Of a DNA stretch of 64,000 nt, positions 43,211 to 55,304 are shown piece by piece. The notes under the pieces are model-generated. The model did no database searches. It was not told the origin of the DNA and saw nothing but the letters and a program-made list of their open reading frames with translations. The first letter of the stretch is position 1; each line of letters starts with the position of its first letter. The stretch comes from an uncultured Gemmatimonadaceae bacterium (GTDB lineage Bacteria; Gemmatimonadota; Gemmatimonadetes; Gemmatimonadales; Gemmatimonadaceae), in assembly GCA_963781585.1 (NCBI GenBank), contig CAWAGQ010000002.1:128001-192000 (forward strand), given 5' to 3'. Position numbers and translations under genes: made by a program.

Positions 43211-43975
43211 ATGTATCGCTCAATCATGCCCCGCCGTCTCGTCGGCTTCGCAGTCTTTGCGCTCGCCATTTCGTTAGGGTGCGCCCGCCTCGGCTTCTGG
43301 CAGATCTCGCGATTGCACGAACGCCAGGCGCGGAACGCGATGATCCTGAGCCGACTCGATGCGCCACCGGTGGCCGCACGCACGCTGGCGGGCGACACGG
43401 GCATCCGCTTCCGCCGCGCCACCGCATCCGGCCGCTACGACTACGGCCACGAGCTCCTCTACGCCACGCGCCCCCGTGACGGATCTCCCGGCGTGAACTT
43501 CCTCACGCCGTTGCTCCTCGGCGCGGGAGACACTGCCCTCCTGGTCAACCGGGGGTGGGTCTACTCGCCCGACGGAATGACGGTGGACGCCGCGCGTTGG
43601 CGGGAGGAAGAAGGGGATTCATCGCGTGTCGAAGGGTTCGTCGAGGAATTCACCCCGGCGGACGAACCGGTTTCGACCCACACGGCCCCCACCGCTGTCC
43701 GGCGGCTGGACTTCGACTCGATTCGGGCGCGGCTGCCGTACCCGATCCTTCCGGTCATCCTTGTCCAGCAGATCCCGCCCGACGCTGCCGCGGTACAGCG
43801 CGTCCCGGTACGCATCGACCCGCCGCCGCTGAGCGAGGGGCCGCACCGGTCATACGCGATACAGTGGTTCGGGTTTGCCCTCATCGGAATCGTGGGCACG
43901 GTCATGGTGATTGAACGCGACCGCCGGCGCGCACGTGAGACGCAGGAGCGGGCCGAACACGGGCAAACAGGGTAG
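43211..43975 (+). CDS. SURF1 family protein
   Basis: 'LGFWQISR', 'LLVNRGWV', 'HRSYAIQWFGFA'. Confidence 0.9.
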   Translation: MYRSIMPRRLVGFAVFALAISLGCARLGFWQISRLHERQARNAMILSRLDAPPVAARTLAGDTGIRFRRATASGRYDYGHELLYATRPRDGSPGVNFLTPLLLGAGDTALLVNRGWVYSPDGMTVDAARWREEEGDSSRVEGFVEEFTPADEPVSTHTAPTAVRRLDFDSIRARLPYPILPVILVQQIPPDAAAVQRVPVRIDPPPLSEGPHRSYAIQWFGFALIGIVGTVMVIERDRRRARETQERAEHGQTG

Positions 43976-44081
43976 AATTCGGCAGCCGCAAAGCGCATCG
44001 CGCTGACCCCGCCAGGCCAGGTTCGTCAATCACTGGGAGATGGCCGCACGCGCCGGACGCGCCTTCATACACGAGACTTTC

Positions 44082-46016
44082 ATGACCGACACTCCGCACG
44101 GACACGCCACCGAAAAGGAAGCTCGCGATGTCGCCGAAGCGGCGCGCGAGACCGAGTGGCAGCATCCGAGTTTCGTCCGTGAGCTCTTCCTTGGGCGCTT
44201 CCGGCTCGACCTGGTTCATCCGCATCCCGAGCGCCACGATCCCGACGAAGAGGCGCGGGCTGCGGAGTTCATGGTCCGGCTGCGCGAGTTCCTGGAGCGC
44301 GTCGATTCCGAAGAGATCGACCGCACGGGCGAGATTCCGGAATCGCTGGTACAGGAGCTGCGCGACATGGGCGCGTTCGGGATCAAGATCCCGCGCGAGT
44401 ACGGCGGTCTCGGTCTCTCGCAGATGACGTACATCCGCGCCATGGAGCTGGTCACGTCGAAGGACGGCAGCCTCACGGCCCTGCTGTCGGCGAGTCAGTC
44501 GATCGGCGTTCCGCAACCGCTCAAGCTGTTCGGGTCGGAGGAGCAGAAGCGGAAGTTCTTCCCGCGGCTGGCACAGGGGGCGATCAGCGCGTTCGCGCTC
44601 ACCGAAGTGAACGCGGGTTCCGATCCCGCCAACATGGCGACCACAGCGACGCCGGTGGACGGCGGACGGTTCTTCGTCCTCAACGGCGAGAAGCTCTGGT
44701 GCACCAACGGCACGCGCGCCGAGCTGTTTGTGGTCATGGCGCGCACGCCGGACCGGGAGACGCCCGACGGGAAGAAGCGCAAGCAGATCACCGCGTTCAT
44801 CGTCGACGCGGCGATGCCGGGAGTGGAAGTCGCTCACCGATGCCGATTCATGGGACTCAAGGCGATCGAGAACGGGCTGATCCGGTTCCGCGACGTGAAA
44901 GTGCCGGCCGAGAACATTCTGTGGGGCGAGGGAAAGGGGTTGAAGCTGGCACTGATCACGCTGAACACGGGGCGGCTGACGCTGCCGGCGGGGTCGGCGG
45001 GGGTGGCGAAGGCGATGCTACGGATCTGCCGCGACTGGGCCAACGAGCGGGTGCAGTGGGGCCAGCCGATCGGGAAGCACGATGCGATCGCGCAGAAGAT
45101 CGGGCACATGGCAGCGGATGCATTCGCGATGGAGGCGGTGGCCGAGTTGTCGACGGCGCTGTACGAGCAGGGCGGGTACGACATCCGGCTCGAGGCGGCG
45201 GTGGCCAAGATGTGGAACACGGAGATGGGATGGCGGATCGTCGATGACACGGTGCAGGTGCGCGGCGGGCGCGGATACGAGACGGCCGATTCCCTCCGCG
45301 GGCGCGGCGAAAAGCCGATTCCGGTGGAGCGGGCGATGCGGGACTACCGCATCAACCTGATCTTCGAGGGCTCGTCCGAGATCATGCGGCTGTTCATTGC
45401 CCGCGAGGCGGTGGACAAGCACTTCGCGATGGCGTTCCCGATCGTGAGCCCGGATTCCACCATGTCGCAGCGCCTGTCGGCGTTAGGCAGATCGCTGCCG
45501 TTCTATGCGGCGTGGTATCCGGCGCGGTGGCTGTCGGTGCTGCGGCCGCGGACCTACGGCGAGTTCGGCCGGCTGGCAAGGCACCTGCGGTTCGCCGATC
45601 GCGCCACCAACCATCTCGGGCGGGCGCTCTTCCATGCGATGATCCGGTTCGGTCCGAAGCTGGAGCGACGCCAGATGGTCCTGTTCCGGGCAGTGGACAT
45701 CGGCGCCGAGTTGTACGCGATTGCCGCGTCATGTGTCCGGGCGCAGATGCTCGCGAAGCGCGGGCAGCGCGAGGCAGTGCGGCTGGCCGACGTCTTCTGC
45801 CGCGAGGCGCGGGAGCGCATCCGCAAGCGCTTCGGCGAACTGTACGGCAGGAACGACGTGACGGTGTACCGCCTGGCGCAGGAGGTCCTGCGTGGCGAGC
45901 ATGCCTGGCTGGAGCAGGGGATCGTGGGGATGACGCCGGACGCGCCGGCGCCCGCGGCCTCGCGTGAACCGGCCGTGTCGCGCGCGGAGCGGGAGCCGGC
46001 GGGCGTGGGGGACTAG
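44082..46016 (+). CDS. Acyl-CoA dehydrogenase
   Basis: 'IPREYGGLGL', 'AFALTEVNAGSDP', 'LNGEKLWCTNG', 'VRGGRGY', 'IFEGSSEI'. Confidence 0.95.
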   Translation: MTDTPHGHATEKEARDVAEAARETEWQHPSFVRELFLGRFRLDLVHPHPERHDPDEEARAAEFMVRLREFLERVDSEEIDRTGEIPESLVQELRDMGAFGIKIPREYGGLGLSQMTYIRAMELVTSKDGSLTALLSASQSIGVPQPLKLFGSEEQKRKFFPRLAQGAISAFALTEVNAGSDPANMATTATPVDGGRFFVLNGEKLWCTNGTRAELFVVMARTPDRETPDGKKRKQITAFIVDAAMPGVEVAHRCRFMGLKAIENGLIRFRDVKVPAENILWGEGKGLKLALITLNTGRLTLPAGSAGVAKAMLRICRDWANERVQWGQPIGKHDAIAQKIGHMAADAFAMEAVAELSTALYEQGGYDIRLEAAVAKMWNTEMGWRIVDDTVQVRGGRGYETADSLRGRGEKPIPVERAMRDYRINLIFEGSSEIMRLFIAREAVDKHFAMAFPIVSPDSTMSQRLSALGRSLPFYAAWYPARWLSVLRPRTYGEFGRLARHLRFADRATNHLGRALFHAMIRFGPKLERRQMVLFRAVDIGAELYAIAASCVRAQMLAKRGQREAVRLADVFCREARERIRKRFGELYGRNDVTVYRLAQEVLRGEHAWLEQGIVGMTPDAPAPAASREPAVSRAEREPAGVGD

Positions 46017-46134
46017 CCGATCGTTCGGCACGTCGAATCTGCGCGTCCCGATCCACGGCCGGGTCGGGGCCCAGCGTTCGTGCGGCAACTTGTCAGGCTG
46101 CGCCGCTCGGCCCGTCCTCCGGTAGTTCCTCCGA

Positions 46135-47517
46135 TCAGCCGAGGTGGAGCAGGCGGCGCGCGATGCTGAAGTAGGTGACGATTCCGAGGACGTCGACCAG
46201 CGAGGCGACGAACGGCGACGAAGCCACCGCCGGATCGAACCCGATGCGCCGGAGCAGGAGGGGGAGCATCGCGCCGAGGACGGTGCCGGCCAGGATGACC
46301 GTGAGCAGCGTGAGCGCCACCACGATCGCCATGTCCAGGCCGCTGTGCCACATCAACGCGCGCAACAGGCCAACACCGCCGAGGAATCCGCCGAGCAACA
46401 GGCCCTGACCCAGTTCCCGCCGCAGCACGCGGAGCACATCTCGCAACTCGATGTCGCCCACGGCGAGGCCGCGCGTGATCAGCGTGGCCGACTGTGAACC
46501 GGAGTTGCCGCCGGAGCTGATGATGAGGGGCACGAAGAACATGAGGGCGGTGCTGGCCTCGAGCAGCCGCTGGTATTCGCGGAGCGCCGTGCCGGTGAAC
46601 ATCTCTTCGACGAACAGGAGGATCAGCCAGCCGCCCCTCTTGCGCAGCACGCTCCAGAAGCTGGCGGCGAAGTAGGGCTCCTCGAGCGGCTGGACGGCAC
46701 CGAGCCGCTGCACGTCCTCGGTCTGCTCCTCCACCATGGCATCGATGACGTCGTCGACGGTGATGATGCCGACGATGCGGCCGAAGCCGTCCACGACCGG
46801 GACGGCGACCAGGTCGTACTCGGAGGTGAGGCGGGCGACCTCGGCGCGGTCGGCGGAGGTGGGGACCGACAGGATTTCGGTGCGCATCACGTCGGCCACC
46901 GTCGCGCCTTCGGGCGCGGCCACCAGTTCGCGGAGCGACAGCACCCCGACCAGCAGGCCGTCCGTGTCCACGACGTAGATGGCGTGCATGGCTTCGTGAC
47001 GTCCGCCACGCGCGGCCGCCCGGACGGTGGCCAGCGCTTCTTCGATGGTGAGACTGCGCGCGACCGAGACGAACTCGGTCGTCATCAGCCCGCCGGCGGT
47101 GTCGGGCTCGTACTTGAGGAGGCGTTCGGTCTCCTGTCGCGCTTCGGCCGAGAGATCGGAGAGGATCTCGTCGGCAGTCTCCTCCTCCAGCTCCTCGAGC
47201 ACGTCGACGCGATCGTCGGGATTCATCTCGGCGACGAGCTCGGCGGCCTGTTCGGTGCTCATCCGCTCGAAGAGCTCGGTGCGGAGCTCTTCGTCGAGGT
47301 ACTCGACGACTTCGGCCGCGCGCGCAGCGGGGAGGGCGCGGAGGAATTCGAGCGTGCGTTCCGGCGGCATCGCCTCCGCCACGTCGGCGAGATCGGCCGG
47401 GTGCATTTCTTCGGTCTCGACGGCGACGTCCTGCGGAGACTCGGCGAGCAGGGCGAGGATATCCGGGGCGAGCAGGGCCGCGACGGGACGGTCGGAGCTG
47501 TGCTGTGGTGGCGTCAT
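46135..47517 (-). CDS. mgtE: Magnesium transporter MgtE
   Basis: 'HPADLAD', 'YEPDTAGGLMTTE', CBS pair, 'SSGGNSGSQ', 'DPAVASSPFV'. Confidence 0.95.
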   Translation of the reverse strand: MTPPQHSSDRPVAALLAPDILALLAESPQDVAVETEEMHPADLADVAEAMPPERTLEFLRALPAARAAEVVEYLDEELRTELFERMSTEQAAELVAEMNPDDRVDVLEELEEETADEILSDLSAEARQETERLLKYEPDTAGGLMTTEFVSVARSLTIEEALATVRAAARGGRHEAMHAIYVVDTDGLLVGVLSLRELVAAPEGATVADVMRTEILSVPTSADRAEVARLTSEYDLVAVPVVDGFGRIVGIITVDDVIDAMVEEQTEDVQRLGAVQPLEEPYFAASFWSVLRKRGGWLILLFVEEMFTGTALREYQRLLEASTALMFFVPLIISSGGNSGSQSATLITRGLAVGDIELRDVLRVLRRELGQGLLLGGFLGGVGLLRALMWHSGLDMAIVVALTLLTVILAGTVLGAMLPLLLRRIGFDPAVASSPFVASLVDVLGIVTYFSIARRLLHLG

Positions 47518-47731
47518 ACGTCGTGTCCGGACAGTGGCTTGCGAGGCCGGTGAGGAAGCGCGCGGGCAAGTTAGGTGCGTCGCCTCGGCCGTACAAGAAC
47601 GGCTCATCCCGGGTTCCCAACCTTTTGTCGCGGATCGGTGTCGCATCCACGTCACACGCCGGGCGTGGTGGTGTGCCGGGCGATCTACAATCCCGTCCGA
47701 CCGCGTTGCTCTGGAATTCAGCCGAAGCCCG

Positions 47732-50286
47732 ATGCGCTTTCTTCCGATCGTTCTCGCGATCAGTCTCGCTGGCGTCGGCCCGGTGGCCGCGCAGCAACTC
47801 GTCAGGCATCCAGCCACCGCTCCGGGCGCTCCGGCGGTTGCGATCGCGCGCGCGGTGAAGGCGCCGGACCCGATCGTCGTCGACGGCACGGACAGTGATC
47901 CCGTCTGGGGGGACGCGCCGGTGGTGGACGGCTTCCGCGTGTTCGATCCGGTGGAGGACGCCAATCCCACGATGCGGACCACCGCCCGGTTCGCCTACGA
48001 TGCGCACAATCTGTACGTCCTGGTGCGGGCGTTCGATCCGCACCCGGACAGCATCATGGCCCTTCTCTCGCGGCGGGATGAGCGCACCCAGTCCGACTAC
48101 ATCCGGGTGATCGTGGACTCATACCACGACAAGCGCACCGGCTACGAGTTCATGGTCAACCCGGCGGGCGTGAAGCGCGACCTCTACCTGTACAACGACA
48201 CCCAGGAAGACGTGTCGTGGGACGCCGTCTGGGACGTGAAGACGACGATCGATTCGTTAGGCTGGGTGGCCGAGTTCCGGATCCCGCTGAGCCAGCTGCG
48301 CTATCCCCGTGAGGACACCCACACCTTCGGTGTGGCGGTGCACCGTGAGGTAGGGCGGCTCAACGAGCGATCCAGCTGGCCCCTCTGGCGCCGGTCGCTG
48401 TTCGGCATCGCCTCGCAGCTGGGCGAGGTGGAGGGGCTGACGGGCATCGCCGCCCCGCGCCGACTCGAGGTGCTGCCCTATTCCGTGCAGACCAACGAGA
48501 GCGTGGTGCGGAACCAGTCGTTCGGACGAACGCAGCGCGGCACGGTGGGCGCCGACGTGAAGTACGGCCTGTCGTCGAACCTGACGCTCGACGCCGCCAT
48601 CAACCCCGATTTCGGCCAGATCGAAGCCGACCCGTCGGTACTCAACCTCTCGGCGTTCGAGCAGGTCTACGAGGAGAAGCGCCCGTTCTTTCTCGAGGGC
48701 ACGGGCATCTTCCGGTTCGACCAGGACTGTAATGACGGGAACTGCACCGGACTGTTCTACTCGCGCCGCATCGGTCGCGCGCCGCAGCTCCCGGGCCTGA
48801 GCGCCGATCCGAACGCGGTGCCCACGGCGACGACCATTGCCGGAGCCACCAAACTCACGGGCCGATTCGCCAACGGCCTGTCGGTCGGTATCCTCGATGC
48901 CGTTACCCTGCGGGAGTCGGTGGGCGACACGCTGACCGTCGAGCCCCGGACAAACTATCTGGTGGCGCGGTTCAATCAGGATCTGCGCCAGGGGAAGAGC
49001 GGCATCGGCGCGATTCTCACGGCGGTGAACCGGGATCTCGACCCGCAGAGCCGGCCGTACCTGCGCCGCGAGGCGTACACCGGCGGCATCGACCTGCGCC
49101 ATCGCTTCGCGCGGGGCGGGAACTACCAGTTCAGCGGCAACGTGGTCGGAAGCCTGGTGCGCGGATCGGCGGGCGCGATCGCCGTCACCCAGCGCAGCTC
49201 GGTGCACTTCTACCAGCGTCCCGACGACGATCTGCGCTACGACACCACCCGCACCAGTCTCTCCGGGTACGGCGTCAGTGCCGGGCTGAACAAGGTGGGC
49301 GGCGGCATCACGCGCTTCTACACCGGCGGCTGGTATCGCTCGGCGGGGCTCGAGGTGAACGACGCGGGTTTCATGACGTCGGTCAACAACATGGGATGGT
49401 CGAACTGGTTTGCCTTCGTGTTTCAGAAGCCGAAATCGATCTACCGCAGTCTGCAGATCAATTTCAATCAATGGAACAACTTTCTTCCGGACGGCAGGAC
49501 CACCGGCATCGGCGGCAACGTGAACGCCAACGCGACGCTCAAGAACATGTGGTTCGTGTACGGCGGCATCGGCGGGTCGCGGGCGGCGTACTGTGCCTCG
49601 TGCCTGCGCGGCGGTCCGCTGCTGCGCACCACGCCGCAGCTCAACAGCTGGTTCGGCTTCTCGGGCGACTCGCGGCATGCACTGGTGCCGGGCATCGATG
49701 GCGGATACAACCGCGGCGACAACGGCCGGTCCTTCTCGTTTTCCTTCGCGCCGTACGTGAACGCCAGGATCGCCAGCCGGTTCTCGACCACCATCGGCGT
49801 GTCGTACAACAGGAACGTGAGCGACCGGCAATGGCTGGGGAACTTCGGGGACATCGGGAGCGATACCACGCACTACACGGTGGCGCATCTGTCGCAGAAG
49901 ACGCTCTCGATGACCACTCGGCTGAATTTCACCGTCAGCCCCGTGCTGTCGTTCCAGTTCTACGGACAGCCGTTCGTGTCGTCGGGCACCTACTCGGACT
50001 GGCGCGAGGTCACGAATCCGCGGGCGACGCGCTATGGCGACGCGTTCGTACCGTTCACGCAGGAGGGCGATCCCGGTGCCTTCAACTTCAAGCAGTTCCG
50101 CTCGAATACGGTGATCCGCTGGGAGTATCGGCCCGGTTCAACGCTCTTTCTGGTCTGGCAGCAGGGGCGCGAGCAGAGCGACCTCGACCTCGGCGAATTC
50201 AGCGCCCTGCACGATTACCGGCACCTCTTCGGGGCCCATCCGCGGAACACGTTCCTGATCAAGGCGAGTTACTGGTTGTCCTTGTA

Positions 50287-50287
<1 letters not shown>
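47732..50287 (+). CDS. CBM9-like / DUF5916 outer-membrane protein
   Basis: Signal peptide, 'WDAVWD', 'WVAEFRIPLSQLRY', 'INPDFGQIEADP', 'EKRPFFLEG', 'FYSRRIG', C-terminal 'KASYWL'. Confidence 0.85.
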
Positions 50288-50398
<111 letters not shown>

Positions 50399-50542
50399 GC
50401 GGCCCTTCGACTTCCGTTGACGATGTCGCGGCGGCCGACGAGCTTCCCCGAGGAGTGATCCCGGGGGCGCCGCAGGAGGCTGGCGCTCAGCTCGCGACCA
50501 CCCGCGGGCAGCGATCCGTCAACGCCTAGTCCCTTACCGCAC

Positions 50543-51435
50543 ATGCGCGTCGCCTTTCTCGGCCTGGGAGCCATTGGTGCGCCGATGGCCCGGCACCTCG
50601 CCACACCGTACGAGCTAAGTGTCTGGAACCGCACGGCCAGCCGGGCCGACGCGTTTGCCAACGGCACCCGCGCACGCGTGGCTCGCTCGCCGCGCGATGC
50701 CGCAACCGGCGCGGCCGTTGTCGTCACCTGCCTCCCGACCTCGCGCGAAGTCGAGGCGCTGCTGGATGGCGACGACGGCCTCTTCGAGGCGATGGACCGC
50801 GGATCGACGCTCGTGGACTGCACCTCAGGGGATCCCGCGACGTCGCGCCGCATCGCGCGCGGCTGGCCGAGCGCGGGGCCGGTTTCGTGGACGCGCCCGT
50901 GAGCGGCGGTGTGTCAGGGGCCGAGAAGGGGAAACTGACGGTGATGTGCGGCGGCGATGCCGACGTATTCGCGCGCGCGCGGCCGATCCTCGAGACGTTC
51001 GGCGAGAAGATCGTGCTGTGCGGGCCGGTGGGCGCCGGGCATGCGGTGAAAGCAGTCAACCAGGCGATGCTCGGCGCGCACATCTGGGCGCTGTCGGAGG
51101 GCCTGGTGGCCCTGCAGAAGGCCGGCGTTCCCACGCAGACGGCGCTCGACGTGATCAATGCCTCGAGCGGCCGCTCCAACACGTCCATGAACCTGTTCCC
51201 CGATCGCGTGATGACGCGCGCATTTCCCCGCACGTTCCGGCTGGCGTTGCTGGACAAGGATGTGCGCATCGCCGCCGAGTTCGCGCGCGAGCACGAGGTC
51301 GCGTCGCCAATGCTGCAGCTCGTCGCCGAACTGCTCCGCGTGGCCCGACATGAGCTGGGCGAGGAGGCAGATCACGTCGAGGCCGTGAAGGTGGTGGAGA
51401 GGTGGGCGGGAGTGGAGATAGAAGCAGGCTCATGA
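50543..51435 (+). CDS. 3-hydroxyisobutyrate/6PGDH-family NAD(P)-dependent oxidoreductase (frameshift at about 50858)
   Basis: 'AFLGLGAIGAPMA', 'WNRT', then 'DAPVSGG', 'GAGHAVKAVNQ', 'LLDKD'. Confidence 0.9.
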
Positions 51436-51480
51436 CCGACCGCTGAAAGCTGATGACTGATAACTGATCGCCGATTTCTT

Positions 51481-52740
51481 ATGACTCACGCTACCGAACC
51501 CGTCACCGTTGCTTCAACCGCGCAGATCCGCGCGCGCTTCCCGGCGCTGGAGCGGATCCATGCCGGGCATCCCGTTGCCTACTTCGACGGACCGGGCGGG
51601 ACGCAGGTGCCCGTTGATGTCGTGGACGCGATGGCGGACTACCTCTACCGCCATAACGCGAACACGCACTGGCACTATCCGTCCAGCGAAGAGACCGACG
51701 CCGCCATCGAGTCAGCGCGCGGTGCGGTGGCCGATTTCCTTGGCGCCCGCCCCGACGAGATATCGTTCGGCAACAACATGACTACGATCACCTTTCACCT
51801 CGCGCGCGCACTGGCACGCGGATGGAAGGCGGGTGACGAGGTCGTGGTGACGGAACTGGATCATCACGCGAACGTGGCGCCCTGGCGCGCCCTGGAACGC
51901 GAACGCGGCGTGGTCGTGCGCAGCATCCCGTTCGACACCGAGTCGGGCGAACTGGATCTGGACGCGCTGTCTGGCATTGTCTCGCCGAAGACACGCCTGC
52001 TCGCGATCGGTGCCGCGTCGAACGCGCTCGGCACCATCAGCGACGTGAAGCGCGCCGGACAGATGGCGCACGATGCGGGCGCGCTGGTGTTCGTGGACGC
52101 GGTGCACTTGGCCGCGCACGCCGCCATCGACGTGGCTGATATGGATTGCGATTTCCTCGCCTGCTCGGCCTACAAGTTCTACGGTCCGCACGCGGGAGTT
52201 CTGTTCGGCAAGGCGGATCTGTTGCGGGCGCTCGACGTGCCGAGGCTGGAGCCGGCGCCCGACACCATTCCCGAGCGCCTCGAGACCGGCACTCAGAATC
52301 ATGAAGGGATCGTCGGCACGGGCGCCGCGATCGAGTTTCTCGCGGCCATGTCGCCTGGGGCCACGCGACGCGAACGGCTGCGTTCCACCATGGGCACTCT
52401 GCACGCTCGCGGAACCGAACTGGCGGTCGCCATGTGGGACGGTCTGTGCCGAATCAGGGGTGTGCGGTGCTACGGCCCGCCTCCGACTCGCCCGCGCACG
52501 CCGACCCTCGCGTTCGTCGTGGCCGGCATGTCGTCGGAGTTGGTGGCGGAGCGGCTGGCGCAAGCCGGTATCTTCGTCTCCCACGGTGACTTCTACGCCA
52601 CGACGGTCATCGAGCGGCTGGGGCACTCCGCCGACGGGGTGGTTCGGGCGGGAGCGGCCTGCTACACGACGCCCGATGAAGTCAGCCGGCTTGTCGAGGC
52701 CGTGGCGGAAGTCGCAACGGCGGCCCGTCGTGGCACGTAG
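51481..52740 (+). CDS. Cysteine desulfurase-like class V aminotransferase
   Basis: 'YFDGPGGTQVP', 'LDHHANVAPW', 'FVDAVH', 'CSAYKFYGPH', 'ETGTQN'. Confidence 0.92.
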   Translation: MTHATEPVTVASTAQIRARFPALERIHAGHPVAYFDGPGGTQVPVDVVDAMADYLYRHNANTHWHYPSSEETDAAIESARGAVADFLGARPDEISFGNNMTTITFHLARALARGWKAGDEVVVTELDHHANVAPWRALERERGVVVRSIPFDTESGELDLDALSGIVSPKTRLLAIGAASNALGTISDVKRAGQMAHDAGALVFVDAVHLAAHAAIDVADMDCDFLACSAYKFYGPHAGVLFGKADLLRALDVPRLEPAPDTIPERLETGTQNHEGIVGTGAAIEFLAAMSPGATRRERLRSTMGTLHARGTELAVAMWDGLCRIRGVRCYGPPPTRPRTPTLAFVVAGMSSELVAERLAQAGIFVSHGDFYATTVIERLGHSADGVVRAGAACYTTPDEVSRLVEAVAEVATAARRGT

Positions 52741-52785
52741 GGGGGCACACGGTCGAGACACGCGCGGCCCGTATATTTGCGGGCG

Positions 52786-53963
52786 ATGATCACGGTCCGG
52801 CGTGTGTTGGTTCCGCTCGCGATGGCTGGGCTGGCGTCGTGCCGCCCGGGCACGGGCGCACGCGCGCCCGCGGCGAATCTGCTCGTGGTCGCCGGCGACT
52901 CGACGTTCTGGATCGCCAATGAAACGGGTGCGTTCGACGTCCGCCGATCGCCGATCCTGCTGGCACACTACGGCGGTCGCTTCTACGAATCTACGTCACC
53001 GACGACGACCGGTCATTCTACGACGCGGTCATCGTCGGGCAGCGCATCTATCGACGCGATCTGATCAGCGGCGATTCGGTCGCGGTGTTCGAGGATCCGA
53101 CCCTCGCCGAACTCGCGGCGTCATACGCATCGGCCCATCCGGGCCAGCGGCCGCTGGCGCCGGACGAAGACGGCGCGGACGATCCGATGATGAGCTCCAC
53201 GACCGAAACGGACATCGTGGACGTACTCGGCCCATTCGTGACCTTCGAGCAGCGCGCGGACATGGACCTGCCGGACGGCCGCGAGTTGCTCCACACGTCG
53301 CGCTCGGTGGTCGATCTGCGCTCGTCGCGGGTCATCGCCCTGGGCGACCTGGTCACGGACAGCGTTCGTCGCCGTCTTCTGCGCGATGAGCAGCGCGCAA
53401 TCACCGCGACGTTCGATTCCGTGCGGAGGTCGAGCGATCTGCGAGCACGCGTGGCGGCCAGGATGCTGCGCGGCTTCATCGAGGATGACTCCAGCTTCTC
53501 GCTCGTTGTGGTCGACACCGGACCGGCGGTGGCGTTCCTGGTTCCCGGGCAGGGCGAGCGCGCCGGCGGCTACGCGCTCCCGTTGCCACCGATGCGCATC
53601 CCGGCCGGAGCGTGGTGGAACGAGGTGCGCGGCACGCTGCCGCTGCACCGGGGGCCCACCGAGGATGCGTGGGCCGGGCCCGGGTACGACGTGGTGGCGC
53701 GGTACGACTCCGCCGCAGACGCTGCGTTGCTCGTCCTGCGCGATGTCCGGGGGAGGGAGTTCTTCGCCACTCCTCTCCCGGCTCCGGTGACGCGGGTGTA
53801 CCGACTGGACAGTCTGGCGCGCGATACGGTGGCGATCAACGCCCTCCGGCGTGCGTTCGACGAAGCCTCGGCCGGCGCCAGCGACACCAGCAAGGCCATC
53901 ACGACGGTCCCACCCATGGGGATGCCACCCGTCTCCAACTGGACGCGGCGGCGCCCGCCCTGA
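52786..53963 (+). CDS. Hypothetical lipoprotein (frameshift at about 52988)
   Basis: Lipobox 'GLASC'. Adding one A at about 52988 joins ORF 52777-53064 to ORF 53085-53963 ('FYEIYVTDDDRSFYDA'). Confidence 0.65.
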
Positions 53964-54026
53964 CGCGCCAGCGCTCCTCGAATCGCCGTGCGCCCCTCGC
54001 CGGTCTCCCCATCAGCCCCAGGCAAC

Positions 54027-54545
54027 GTGCCAGATCAGTCTTCTCGTCCCACGCGAACGGTCAAGCAGTCGCAGCACGAGACCTCCGAGATCATGATGCC
54101 CCAGCACGCCAACAATCTCGGGCACGTCTTCGGCGGCGTTGTGCTGGCCATGATGGATCGCGCCGCCGCGGTGGCCGCGATCCGACATTGTCGCACCACG
54201 TGCGTGACGGCGTCGATCGATCGGGTGGATTTCCGTGAGCCGATCCACGTGGGTGATCTGGTGGTGATGCGTGCCAGCGTGAACTACGTGGGACGGACGT
54301 CCATGGAGGTGGGGGTGCGGGTGGAGGCCGAGGACCTGTTCTCGGGCCGCCGGCGCCACACCAATTCGTGCTATCTGACCTTCGTGGCAGTCGACGCCAG
54401 CGGCCGGCCGGTGGAGGCCCCGGGGCTGGTTGCGGAATCGGAGGATGAGATCCGCCGCTATCACGCCGCTTCGGCGCGGCGACGGCGCCGGCTCGAGGAA
54501 CGGGAAGCGGAAGAGCGAACGCTGAGGGGTGGCGCCGGTGGGTAG
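54027..54545 (+). CDS. Acyl-CoA thioesterase (YciA-type)
   Basis: '[10 protein letters not shown]...MDRAA', '[10 protein letters not shown]', '[10 protein letters not shown]'. Start uncertain. Confidence 0.9.
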   Translation: MPDQSSRPTRTVKQSQHETSEIMMPQHANNLGHVFGGVVLAMMDRAAAVAAIRHCRTTCVTASIDRVDFREPIHVGDLVVMRASVNYVGRTSMEVGVRVEAEDLFSGRRRHTNSCYLTFVAVDASGRPVEAPGLVAESEDEIRRYHAASARRRRRLEEREAEERTLRGGAGG

Positions 54546-54591
54546 GATTCCGGGCTTGACCGAGGCGGGCGCTGCACGACAGCCTTCTCCA

Positions 54592-54999
54592 ATGACGCAG
54601 CGATTCACCGTGGACCAGGCCAATCGCATGCTGCCACTGGTGAGGCGCATCGTCCGCGACCTGGTGGATGGCTTCGCGACCTGGCAGGCCAGGGTGCGCG
54701 AGTTCGAGGTGGCCACGGCGCAGAGCCGCGCCGACCGGCCGTCCGCGCGGGCCGAGGAGCTCCAACGCGACACCCAGCGGCTGGCGCAGGAGATTCAGGG
54801 ATTCGTGTCGGAGCTGCGCGGACTTGGCGTCGAACCCAAGGGATTCGACATCGGGCTGGTCGACTTTCCCAGCGAGGTGGGCGGACGCACCGTGTATCTG
54901 TGCTGGAAGCTGGGTGAAGAGTCGGTGCAATACTGGCACGAAGTGGACGCCGGTTATTCCGGCCGGCAGCCGCTGGAGTCGATCCTGCAGAACTCCTGA
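54592..54999 (+). CDS. DUF2203 domain protein
   Basis: '[13 protein letters not shown]', 'GLVDFP', 'YLCWKLGE...YWH...GYSGRQPL'. Confidence 0.9.
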   Translation: MTQRFTVDQANRMLPLVRRIVRDLVDGFATWQARVREFEVATAQSRADRPSARAEELQRDTQRLAQEIQGFVSELRGLGVEPKGFDIGLVDFPSEVGGRTVYLCWKLGEESVQYWHEVDAGYSGRQPLESILQNS

Positions 55000-55022
55000 T
55001 CGTTCATCGCCATCAACTCGTT

Positions 55023-55301
55023 ATGCGCGCCTTTCAGGGACCGGACGGCACAATGTGGGGGGTGGACGTCAAGGTGCCGAGTTTCAGCAGCGCGATGGTG
55101 GTGTTCCGGCCGCCCGATGGAGAAACCGCCCGCGGGGACCGGTATGCGTGGTACAACGCGCACACGCCGGAGGCGCACGATCCGCGGGCGCGGCTCAAGC
55201 CGAAGGCGGTGCTCGAGTCGCTCACCGACATGCAGATCGCCCTGCTTTTCCGGCGGTCGATGCCGATCAACGAGGACCGGCCGAGCTACGTGGTGACGTA
55301 G
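55023..55301 (+). CDS. Small hypothetical protein
   Basis: Fills the gap in the same direction, with plausible composition and codon use. Confidence 0.6.
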   Translation: MRAFQGPDGTMWGVDVKVPSFSSAMVVFRPPDGETARGDRYAWYNAHTPEAHDPRARLKPKAVLESLTDMQIALLFRRSMPINEDRPSYVVT

Positions 55302-55304
55302 GTC